From NCBI GenBank assembly GCA_964493485.1, contig CAZBMQ010000002.1, forward strand, positions 45,335-109,334: 64,000 nucleotides of DNA, given 5' to 3'. The notes beneath the pieces are model-generated. The model was not told where the DNA came from and did not search any database. It saw only the letters and a list, made by a program, of their open reading frames with translations. Numbering within the stretch: position 1 is the stretch's first letter; each line of letters opens with the position of its first letter. The DNA comes from an uncultured Candidatus Saccharibacteria bacterium (GTDB lineage Bacteria > Patescibacteriota > Minisyncoccia > Minisyncoccales > JANBVM01). Both the position numbers and the translations under genes were made by a program. Positions 18,935 through 26,837 of the stretch are shown piece by piece.

Positions 18935-19917
18935 ATTAAAGACAATATTACTTTTGCTAATTTCTTGGGATCGTGAACAATTTCACCCGATGGGGTAAGA
19001 AGATTTCTTCCAATAAACTTTTTGTTTTTTGAAAGGGTTTTATCTATCTCCACCAATTTTATTTCTTCTGGATGTATCTTTTTATGAAATGCTAATCTTT
19101 TTAAAGAGGGCTTTTTTGTATTATAAATTACATAATCCACCTCTCCATTCAGATAATACTCTATTTGCTTAACAAAATCTAAAACCTTAAATGTATTAGT
19201 CTCTCCATATTTTGTCATCAAATTACAAACGTATACTATCTTTGCTTTACTTTTCTTAATTGCTTCTGGTATCCCTTCGACTAATAGAATCTGAGCCAAA
19301 GAAGAGTATAAATCTCCAGGCCCAATAACAATAAGGTCTGCTTTCTTTATTGCTTTTAAGGACTTAGGATATGCTTTAGCTTTTGGTCTTAGAAATACTT
19401 TTTTAATCTTCAATCTACCGTTGTGTTTTGGTCTATCAATGTTTGTTTCTCCAGAAATAATTTTTCCATTTTCCAGAACTGCAAAGAGATGGGAATTATC
19501 CAAGGTGACCGGTAAAACTTGATGCTGAATATTTAAAATCTTACACATCTCATCACATACCTTGTCATAATTATTTGTTGAAAGCTCTAACGCAGTAATT
19601 AAAAGATTGGCAAAATTATGATCCTTAAGCTCGCCCGTTTGAAATCTATAATTAAAGAGGTTTTCTACTACTGGAGAAGTGTTCGCTAAAGCTATAAATG
19701 CCCGCCTTATGTCACCGGGTGAAATAATCTTATAATCCTTTCTCAATCTTCCAGCTGAACCTCCTGAGTCTAACATTGCACATATTGCAGAAATTCTTAC
19801 AGGATGCTTCTTCAACCCTGTCAACACTGCTTTTGGCATTGCATTTCCCCCTCCTAAACATATAATCTTTGGTAATTCAGAAGATTTTTTCTTGGTAATC
19901 TTTCGCTTTTTTTTCAT
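18931..19917 (-). CDS. YvcK/CofD-family (UPF0052) protein
   Basis: Blocks [41 protein letters not shown]. Confidence 0.8.
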   Translation of the reverse strand: MKKKRKITKKKSSELPKIICLGGGNAMPKAVLTGLKKHPVRISAICAMLDSGGSAGRLRKDYKIISPGDIRRAFIALANTSPVVENLFNYRFQTGELKDHNFANLLITALELSTNNYDKVCDEMCKILNIQHQVLPVTLDNSHLFAVLENGKIISGETNIDRPKHNGRLKIKKVFLRPKAKAYPKSLKAIKKADLIVIGPGDLYSSLAQILLVEGIPEAIKKSKAKIVYVCNLMTKYGETNTFKVLDFVKQIEYYLNGEVDYVIYNTKKPSLKRLAFHKKIHPEEIKLVEIDKTLSKNKKFIGRNLLTPSGEIVHDPKKLAKVILSLI

Positions 19918-19936
19918 AACATTTTGTTTTTTTTAT

Positions 19937-19957
19937 GAGCGAGGTATTACCTCGCTC
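19937..19957. repeat. GC-rich inverted repeat (9-bp stem, 3-nt loop)
   Basis: GAGCGAGGT-att-ACCTCGCTC. The T-tract lies on the 5' side for the plus strand, so the hairpin is followed by A-rich sequence on the minus-strand transcript. Confidence 0.6.
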
Positions 19958-20019
19958 TTCAGAATAATAGAGTTTACTAATTCTATTTTGGCCAATAATT
20001 ATATAAAAATCAAATAAAA

Positions 20020-20649
20020 TTATCTTAATATTTTTAAAATTTTTTCTTTAGGAATCTCTCCTTCTCTTATGATTTTAAAATCCACCAAATCAACCACTGT
20101 AGATGACAGCGATTCTTTTAAATTCCCCGCATCCAAAACCAAATCAGGTTGATATTTTTTTCTTGTAAATTCTTTTAATATATCTTTTATTTTTGTTATA
20201 GCTCTCTTTCCGGAAATATTGGCTGAGGTTTCTGCTAAGGGTAAATTTAATTCTTTTAACAATAAGTTTAATAACTTATATTTCGGTATCCTCAATCCAA
20301 TTTTTTTATCTTTGCTCAAAATACCTTTTGGAAATTTTAAAGATTTTGCCTCCAATACAGCTGTGAATTTTCCGGGCCAAACCTTTTTTAAAATCTTTTC
20401 TTGCCTTTTGCCAATATATGCTATAGACTTTGCCATTTTTAAATCTTTTACAAAAACAGGAAGCGGTTTTTTGAAAGATCTTTTTTTAATCTGAAATATC
20501 TGTTTTATAGCAATATTATTTTTAACATCTGCTATTAAACCATATACTGTATCTGTAGGGCATACAACTACTCCTCCCTTTTTAATAGTTTCTACAGTCT
20601 CTTTTATTGCTTTTTTTGTATTTTTCGGAGAAATTTTTAGAATCTTCAT
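20020..20649 (-). CDS. tsaC: L-threonylcarbamoyladenylate synthase (YrdC/TsaC)
   Basis: YrdC-fold blocks VVCPTDTVYGL and ETSANISG. Confidence 0.85.
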   Translation of the reverse strand: MKILKISPKNTKKAIKETVETIKKGGVVVCPTDTVYGLIADVKNNIAIKQIFQIKKRSFKKPLPVFVKDLKMAKSIAYIGKRQEKILKKVWPGKFTAVLEAKSLKFPKGILSKDKKIGLRIPKYKLLNLLLKELNLPLAETSANISGKRAITKIKDILKEFTRKKYQPDLVLDAGNLKESLSSTVVDLVDFKIIREGEIPKEKILKILR

Positions 20650-20659
20650 ACTCTCAATT

Positions 20660-20668
20660 TTTATATCA
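20660..20668 (-). promoter_or_regulatory. Extended -10 promoter for tsaC
   Basis: Minus strand reads TGaTATAAA, then 10 nt to the ATG at 20649. Confidence 0.45.
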
Positions 20669-20762
20669 TAAAATCAAACTGAATCAAATAAACAACACAA
20701 GAATTTGACTTATAAACGTCCTGGGTATATCTTTATTAAAAAGATATTTCAAAAATAAATAG

Positions 20763-21062
20763 GTGAAGGTTATAAGAAAAAAAGGAAAAATAAATATTCC
20801 TAAAGATATACCAAAATGGCTCCACAATAAGGCTTCGATAGAAGAAATTAAAAAAACTTTTAATGATTCTGATCTCTTTTTATTGATTGGAAAACATATC
20901 GCAGTATGTTCACATCCAAACTGTAAAATGATCAGAGAGATTTTAGATAAAGAAGAATGTCTTCCAGATCATGTGCTTGAAAAAATAATCTCTTCAAAAG
21001 AAAGAAAAGTTTACATAGGGCATCTTTCAATTCTTAAGATAGAGAAGAAATATAATTTTTAA
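20763..21062 (+). CDS. Hypothetical 99-aa protein (GTG start)
   Basis: ORF followed by its own terminator at 21072..21110. It contains C-x2-H-x2-C (CSHPNC) but matches no family I recognise. Confidence 0.55.
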   Translation: MKVIRKKGKINIPKDIPKWLHNKASIEEIKKTFNDSDLFLLIGKHIAVCSHPNCKMIREILDKEECLPDHVLEKIISSKERKVYIGHLSILKIEKKYNF

Positions 21063-21071
21063 AATATATAT

Positions 21072-21110
21072 CCGAGCTACAAAATAATTGTAATTGCTCG
21101 GTGTTTTTTT
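21072..21110 (+). terminator. Rho-independent terminator
   Basis: CCGAGC...GCTCGG hairpin followed by TGTTTTTTT. Confidence 0.6.
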
Positions 21111-21133
21111 GTTCCAACAGTCATTAAAAATTT

Positions 21134-21162
21134 TTGTCAAAATCTAAATTTTAATTTATAAT
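21134..21162 (+). promoter_or_regulatory. Sigma70-type promoter for murA
   Basis: TTGTCA (21134..21139), 17 nt, TATAAT (21157..21162), then 8 nt to the ATG at 21171. Confidence 0.55.
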
Positions 21163-21170
21163 AATTAATC

Positions 21171-22433
21171 ATGCAAAAAAGATTTTTCTTAATAAAAGGA
21201 GGCAAACCATTGAAGGGTGAGGTTAAAATTTCTGGATATAAAAATTCAGCAGGAGCCATATTAACTGCTTCTCTGCTTTCTGAAAAAAGCTCTATAATCG
21301 ACAATTTGCCTCTTTGTTTAGATGTTCTCAATTTAATAAAGATTCTCGAAGAAATGGGGGCTGAGATAAAATGGTTGGGAAAAAGAAAAATCAAAATAGA
21401 CCCAGCAAACATTAATCCTAATAAAATCCCAACTAATGTGTTTGAAAAAATGAGAATATCTGTTTTGTTGATAGGGCCCCTTTTGGCAAGATTTAGAAAA
21501 TTTAAAGTTCCTCATCCGGGTGGAGACAGAATTGGATTAAGGCCTATTTCTGCTCATTTAGATGCATTAAGAAACTTTGGAGTAAAGATTAAAGAAAAAG
21601 GTAATTTTTACTTTTTCGAGGCTCCAAAGAATAAAAAAGGAACACGAGTAGTATTAAAAGAATTTTCTGTCACTGCAACTGAAAACATAATGATGCTGGC
21701 TGCAAAAGCTGAAGGCAAGACAAAGATTGAAATCGCTGCATGCGAACCACAAGTACAGGACTTAGGAGAATTTTTGAGAAAAATGGAGGCAGAAGTAAAA
21801 GGAGCAGGGACACATACCATCGAAATAAAAGGTAAAAAGAAACTTCAAGGCACGAGCTTTAGAATATCACCTGATCCTTCTGAAACTGCCACATTTTTAA
21901 TTGCTTTTGCAATCACAGGAGGGGAAGGAAAAATCAAAAATACAAACCCAGAACATCTTTCTTTCTTTTTAGAAAAAATGAAAGAAATAGGGGTGAAGTT
22001 CAAGATAAAAAAGAATACCGTATTAGTAAAAAAATCAAAAAAATTCCATCCTACGAAAATTCAAATTCTTCCCTATCCAGGTTTCCCAACAGACCTACAA
22101 CCTGAAACCTCTGTTCTTCTAACACAAGCTGAGGGGAAATCTTTAATTCATGACCCTCTTTATGAAAACCGTTTTAATCATCTTCATGAATTGAGAAAAA
22201 TGGGAGCAGATATTGAAATCACTGATCCGCATAGAGCCTTAATATTCGGAAAAACGAAATTGACCGGAACAAAAATAAATGCTCCTGATATAAGGGCAGG
22301 AGCAGCATTGATATTGGCTGGACTAATAGCAAAGGGGCAGACCCAGATTGAAAATGTTTATCAAATTGATAGGGGTTATGAAAAATTGGATGAAAAACTT
22401 AGAAAATTAGGGGCTGATATCAAAAGGGTTTGA
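21171..22433 (+). CDS. murA: UDP-N-acetylglucosamine 1-carboxyvinyltransferase
   Basis: EPSP-synthase fold. The active-site loop is VPHPGGDRIGLRPI, with Asp where E. coli has Cys115. Confidence 0.95.
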   Translation: MQKRFFLIKGGKPLKGEVKISGYKNSAGAILTASLLSEKSSIIDNLPLCLDVLNLIKILEEMGAEIKWLGKRKIKIDPANINPNKIPTNVFEKMRISVLLIGPLLARFRKFKVPHPGGDRIGLRPISAHLDALRNFGVKIKEKGNFYFFEAPKNKKGTRVVLKEFSVTATENIMMLAAKAEGKTKIEIAACEPQVQDLGEFLRKMEAEVKGAGTHTIEIKGKKKLQGTSFRISPDPSETATFLIAFAITGGEGKIKNTNPEHLSFFLEKMKEIGVKFKIKKNTVLVKKSKKFHPTKIQILPYPGFPTDLQPETSVLLTQAEGKSLIHDPLYENRFNHLHELRKMGADIEITDPHRALIFGKTKLTGTKINAPDIRAGAALILAGLIAKGQTQIENVYQIDRGYEKLDEKLRKLGADIKRV

Positions 22434-22435
22434 CA

Positions 22436-23305
22436 CTAAGCAAATTCTTTAATAGTCTTTGAAGTATTAATCTTTCTTTTTATTCTATACCAGGGTTTCT
22501 TCAACTGAGGCCACTGATCTTCAAAAGTGGGCTTTTTTATTTTATAAAATATTCCAACAGGAATTTTGGCTTTTTCGTCTAAAGAATAGTTCCATTCTAT
22601 GCTTTTTTTGAAAGCTTGCTTAAAATCAGCAGGATTATGGTTTTTATCTAATTTATAAATATGTTTTTGGATATAAGGAGCGAAATTGTGAAAGGTTAAA
22701 CAAGGCTGTAAGACATCAACAAGCGCAAATCCCCTGTGTTTTATTGCTTCTTTTATTAACCCTCTCAAATGAACTCTGTCCAAAGCATATCCCCGAGCAA
22801 CAAATGTCGCTCCATTTACTAAAGCCAAAGCTATTGGATTTAACGGTCCGTCTTTCACCCCCAAAGGAGTGGAACGACCTATAAACCCTATTTCTGATGT
22901 AGGAGTAGCCTGTCCTGTAGTAAGAGCAAAAACCTTATTGTTGTGAACAATCATTGTAATGTCAGCGTTATAACGACAGTTATGCACAAAATGAGAAATA
23001 CCTTCAGCATAAGTATCTCCATCTCCTCCGAAACCAATGACTGTAAGCTCAGGATTGCCTACTTTCATACCTAAACAAAGAGGCAAAACCCGACCATGCA
23101 GTCCGTAAAAACCATTTACATTTAAATAATCAAATATCTTTGCATGACATCCTATACCGCTGGCGATAGCAACATCTTTAGCTTTTATCTTTTTTTCATT
23201 AACCAAATCTGTTAGAGCTTCTTTAACTGCTTGTAAAATTCCAAAATTCGGACAACCAGGACACCATGTATTTTCTTCTTTTGTATCAAAATATTGAGGT
23301 TTCAT
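22436..23305 (-). CDS. 2-oxoacid:ferredoxin oxidoreductase, beta (TPP-binding) subunit
   Basis: N-terminal WCPGCPNFG; TPP-binding region GFGGDGDTYAEG...HNN. Confidence 0.9.
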   Translation of the reverse strand: MKPQYFDTKEENTWCPGCPNFGILQAVKEALTDLVNEKKIKAKDVAIASGIGCHAKIFDYLNVNGFYGLHGRVLPLCLGMKVGNPELTVIGFGGDGDTYAEGISHFVHNCRYNADITMIVHNNKVFALTTGQATPTSEIGFIGRSTPLGVKDGPLNPIALALVNGATFVARGYALDRVHLRGLIKEAIKHRGFALVDVLQPCLTFHNFAPYIQKHIYKLDKNHNPADFKQAFKKSIEWNYSLDEKAKIPVGIFYKIKKPTFEDQWPQLKKPWYRIKRKINTSKTIKEFA

Positions 23306-23307
23306 AA

Positions 23308-24951
23308 TTATTTTTTCTTTTTGATGCTGTAAATTATATCATCTAATGTAAATGGCCTAGCATCATATTTTAGAACCTTTTCTTTTATAAAAATCCCTGT
23401 CTGTTCAGCAATTATATCGCCTAATAATCCTGTAGCATTATTCTCTACTAAAACTACCCTTTGAGATTTTTTTATTTCTTTTTCTACTATTTCTTTAGGA
23501 AATGGACTAATATAAGAAACTTGTAGGAATCTAAAGTCTTTTAACTCATGCAAAGCATCAATAATTGCTCCTTTGGTAGATCCCCATCCAATTATTAGAT
23601 TTTTTCCCTTCCCATAAACACTAACCGGATTGAGTTTCTTTATCTCTTCTCGAATATATTTTATTTTCTTTATTCTTTTATCGTTCATTCTTACTGTCCA
23701 TTTAGCATCTTCAATGGTATTCCCATATTCATTGTGTTCATAACTGGTGGCTCTAGCTACTGGGCCTTGACCTGGCACAGCTCTTGGAGAAACTCCATCA
23801 TTTGTAATCTTATAGCTTTTATAATCTTTCGGAGGATTCTTTAAAATAAATCTTTCGTAAGGCAAAGAAGAAATCTTTAATTCATCGAAACTATAATCAC
23901 TCTCTGCTCCATGCTTATCGTTTATAACAATCGCCAAGTTCCTGTATTTTGAAGAAAGATAAAATGCTTCTTGGGTTCTTATTATCGCTTCTTGTGCATC
24001 TCCTGGAGCCACAACTATTCTTAAAAATTCCCCATGTCCTGCATTTACTGCAAATTTCAAATCACTCTGTGCAGTATAAGTAGGAACACCTGTCGCAGGA
24101 CCTGTCCTTTGGGCTAAATAAACCACTAAAGGAATTTCAGATATCCCAGCCAAACTCATTGCTTCTGTCATTAAAGCAAATCCTCCTCCTGAAGTACCTA
24201 CCATTGTTTTAGCTCCGGCAAAAGAAGCTCCCAAAGCAGTGTTTATTACTCCAATCTCGTTTTCTAACTGCAACACTAAAAATTTGTGCTCCAATTGCTT
24301 ACCTGCTAAAAAGTGCAACACAGGGGTGGCTGGAGTCATTGGATAAGCAATATAAATATCTATTCCTGCATTAATAGCGCCTACCCCTGTACCTTGACTT
24401 CCTGAAATAAAATATTTCTTTTTGCCTATTCTTTTGAAACTCTCCTTCTTTTCCCCTATCCCATAACCTATCTCAATTGCTTTTTTGATTAAATCTATCT
24501 TCCCTTTTTTAAAAATGTCTTCTGCTTCTCGCAATAAGAATTTTTTATCAACCCCAAAGTATTTAAAAAGCCACCCAATAAAAATATCATTTTCAATAAT
24601 TTGGGGGGCTTTAAGCTTTTTTAAAATAGGCTGGATGTCAATCTTGTATATTTTTTTTGCTTTTAAACTCTTGTCTCCTACAATAAATCCTTGCTTTTTT
24701 AAATCCTTTTGATGGAGATTAATTGTTTTTTGATCAAAAGCTAAAATTATATCATATCTATTTCTGTGAGAATAAACCGGTTTATCAGAAATCCTTAAAA
24801 CATTAAAATTATGCCCTCCTCGAATAAGAGAAGGGTAATCTCTATAATTAAAAACATAATAGCCTAAATTACAAAATATCTTTCCTATAAAATGTGAAGT
24901 TACAGCTGTACCCTGTCCTGCTTTTCCTCCTATCAAAATTGTTTTTTCCAT
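23308..24951 (-). CDS. 2-oxoacid:ferredoxin oxidoreductase, fused gamma/alpha subunit
   Basis: N-terminal gamma-like GGKAGQG domain followed by the alpha domain (AYPMTPATP, MTEAMSLAG). Adjacent to the beta subunit. Confidence 0.9.
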   Translation of the reverse strand: MEKTILIGGKAGQGTAVTSHFIGKIFCNLGYYVFNYRDYPSLIRGGHNFNVLRISDKPVYSHRNRYDIILAFDQKTINLHQKDLKKQGFIVGDKSLKAKKIYKIDIQPILKKLKAPQIIENDIFIGWLFKYFGVDKKFLLREAEDIFKKGKIDLIKKAIEIGYGIGEKKESFKRIGKKKYFISGSQGTGVGAINAGIDIYIAYPMTPATPVLHFLAGKQLEHKFLVLQLENEIGVINTALGASFAGAKTMVGTSGGGFALMTEAMSLAGISEIPLVVYLAQRTGPATGVPTYTAQSDLKFAVNAGHGEFLRIVVAPGDAQEAIIRTQEAFYLSSKYRNLAIVINDKHGAESDYSFDELKISSLPYERFILKNPPKDYKSYKITNDGVSPRAVPGQGPVARATSYEHNEYGNTIEDAKWTVRMNDKRIKKIKYIREEIKKLNPVSVYGKGKNLIIGWGSTKGAIIDALHELKDFRFLQVSYISPFPKEIVEKEIKKSQRVVLVENNATGLLGDIIAEQTGIFIKEKVLKYDARPFTLDDIIYSIKKKK

Positions 24952-24960
24952 ATATCTTTT

Positions 24961-24988
24961 ATTATAATGTCTGATAAAAGCATGGCAA
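24961..24988 (-). promoter_or_regulatory. Sigma70-type promoter for the oxidoreductase operon
   Basis: Minus strand reads TTGCCA (24988..24983), 16 nt, TATAAT (24966..24961), then 9 nt to the ATG at 24951. Confidence 0.55.
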
Positions 24989-25020
24989 GAGTTTTATCCA
25001 CAGGAGACTTTTTTCAATAT

Positions 25021-26832
25021 TTACTCAACAGTCACACTTTTTGCTAAATTTCTAGGTTTGTCTACATCTCTTCCCAACAATACTGCCATATAATAAGCGA
25101 AGAGATGGAGGGGAATAACAGAAAGCATTGGGGTTAGCATTTCCAAAGTCTTTGGAATATAAATTACATCATCTACCAATTCTTTTATCTTTTGGTCTCC
25201 TTCTGTGGCAATGGCAAATACAGGTCCTCCTCTAGCTTTTATCTCTTCAATGTTTGAAATCATCTTCTCATATACTGAATCTAAAGGACAAATAGCTATT
25301 GTAGGAAAATTCTCATCAATCAAGGCTAAAGGTCCGTGTTTCAACTCGCCACCTGCTCCTCCTTCGGCATGCAAATAAGAAATCTCTTTTAATTTCAAGG
25401 CTCCTTCTAAAGCCACAGGGAAGTTATATTTTCTACCTATAAACCAAAAGTTCTTGAAATCCTTGTATTTCTCTGCCAGTTTCTCAACCCTGGCAGAGTT
25501 TTTTAAAACATCTTTTGCTAATTGAGGAATTTTTGAAAGTTCTGATACAATCCTTCTGCCCATTATCAAAGACATTTCTCTTTGTCTGCCTAAATATACT
25601 GTAAACATAGCTAAAGTAGAAAGTTGTCCCAAGAATGCCTTAGTGGAGGCTACAGCGATTTCAGGCCCTGATCTTATATATACACCTGCATCTGTTTCTC
25701 TTGATTGGGTAGAGCCTACAACATTTGTAATTCCTATGGTTAATATCCCTTTCTTTTTCATCTCACGGAGGCTAGCCAATGTGTCTGCGGTCTCACCAGA
25801 TTGAGAAACAAAAACAGCGGCTGTACTATTTTTTACTATTGGCTTTCTATAACGAAACTCTGAACCTATATCTACATCCGTTGGAATTCCAGCATATTCT
25901 TCCAGCATATATTTCCCTACTCTTGCTGCATAATTTGCAGTACCACATGCAACCAAAATCAATCTTTTCACCTTTTTCAATTCTTCTGAAACATTATCTA
26001 ACCCTCCTAATTTTACTGTTCCTTCTTCCGGTATTAATCTTCCTTTAATGGCGTTTTCAACTGCTGTAGGTTCTTCCATTATCTCTTTAAGCATAAAATG
26101 GGGGTAACCTTTTTTCTCTGCTTCCTCAGGAGTCCAATCAATAGAAACTGTAGGCTTTTCTTTCAAAATAAAGAAGTTATCAGGTTTCAATACAGCGATT
26201 TCATTATCATCTAAATTAATCACCTGTCTTGTATGAGTAATAATAGCTGCGGGATCAGACGCTACTAAGAACTCGTCTTTACCAATACCTAAAATTATAG
26301 GGGAAGAAAAACGAGCAGCTACAATTTTCTCTGGTTCTTTTCGCGATATAACGGTTATTCCGTAAGTGCCTCTTATTTTTTTTAAAGCTTTTCTCAAGGC
26401 TTCCTCAAGATTGCCGTTAAAATATTTTTCTATTAAATGAGACAACACCTCTGTATCAGTTTCAGAAGTAAAACTATGCCCCTCTGAGATTAATTCTTCT
26501 TTCAACTGTTTATAATTTTCAATGATTCCATTGTGAACCAGAAATATTTCTTTTTTACAATCAAAATGAGGATGAGCATTTGCATCAGTGACCCCGCCTG
26601 TCGTAGCCCATCTGGTATGCGCCTGACCCACATTTCCCTCAATATTAAAATTTAAAAGCTTCTCTTCATCGTCTGAAATCTTCCCTGCTTTTTTATATAA
26701 AAATGGATCTTTCAAACCATTAAGAACACAAAAGCCGTAGCTGTCATAGCCACGGTATTCCATTCTTTTTAATCCAGATATCAAAGCTGGAAATGCGGGC
26801 TTCCTACCTATATATCCGATTATCCCGCACAT
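25021..26832 (-). CDS. glmS: Glutamine--fructose-6-phosphate aminotransferase
   Basis: N-terminal MCGIIGY (Ntn Cys), two SIS domains, and a C-terminal KSVTVE. Confidence 0.95.
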   Translation of the reverse strand: MCGIIGYIGRKPAFPALISGLKRMEYRGYDSYGFCVLNGLKDPFLYKKAGKISDDEEKLLNFNIEGNVGQAHTRWATTGGVTDANAHPHFDCKKEIFLVHNGIIENYKQLKEELISEGHSFTSETDTEVLSHLIEKYFNGNLEEALRKALKKIRGTYGITVISRKEPEKIVAARFSSPIILGIGKDEFLVASDPAAIITHTRQVINLDDNEIAVLKPDNFFILKEKPTVSIDWTPEEAEKKGYPHFMLKEIMEEPTAVENAIKGRLIPEEGTVKLGGLDNVSEELKKVKRLILVACGTANYAARVGKYMLEEYAGIPTDVDIGSEFRYRKPIVKNSTAAVFVSQSGETADTLASLREMKKKGILTIGITNVVGSTQSRETDAGVYIRSGPEIAVASTKAFLGQLSTLAMFTVYLGRQREMSLIMGRRIVSELSKIPQLAKDVLKNSARVEKLAEKYKDFKNFWFIGRKYNFPVALEGALKLKEISYLHAEGGAGGELKHGPLALIDENFPTIAICPLDSVYEKMISNIEEIKARGGPVFAIATEGDQKIKELVDDVIYIPKTLEMLTPMLSVIPLHLFAYYMAVLLGRDVDKPRNLAKSVTVE

Positions 26833-26837
26833 ATCTT

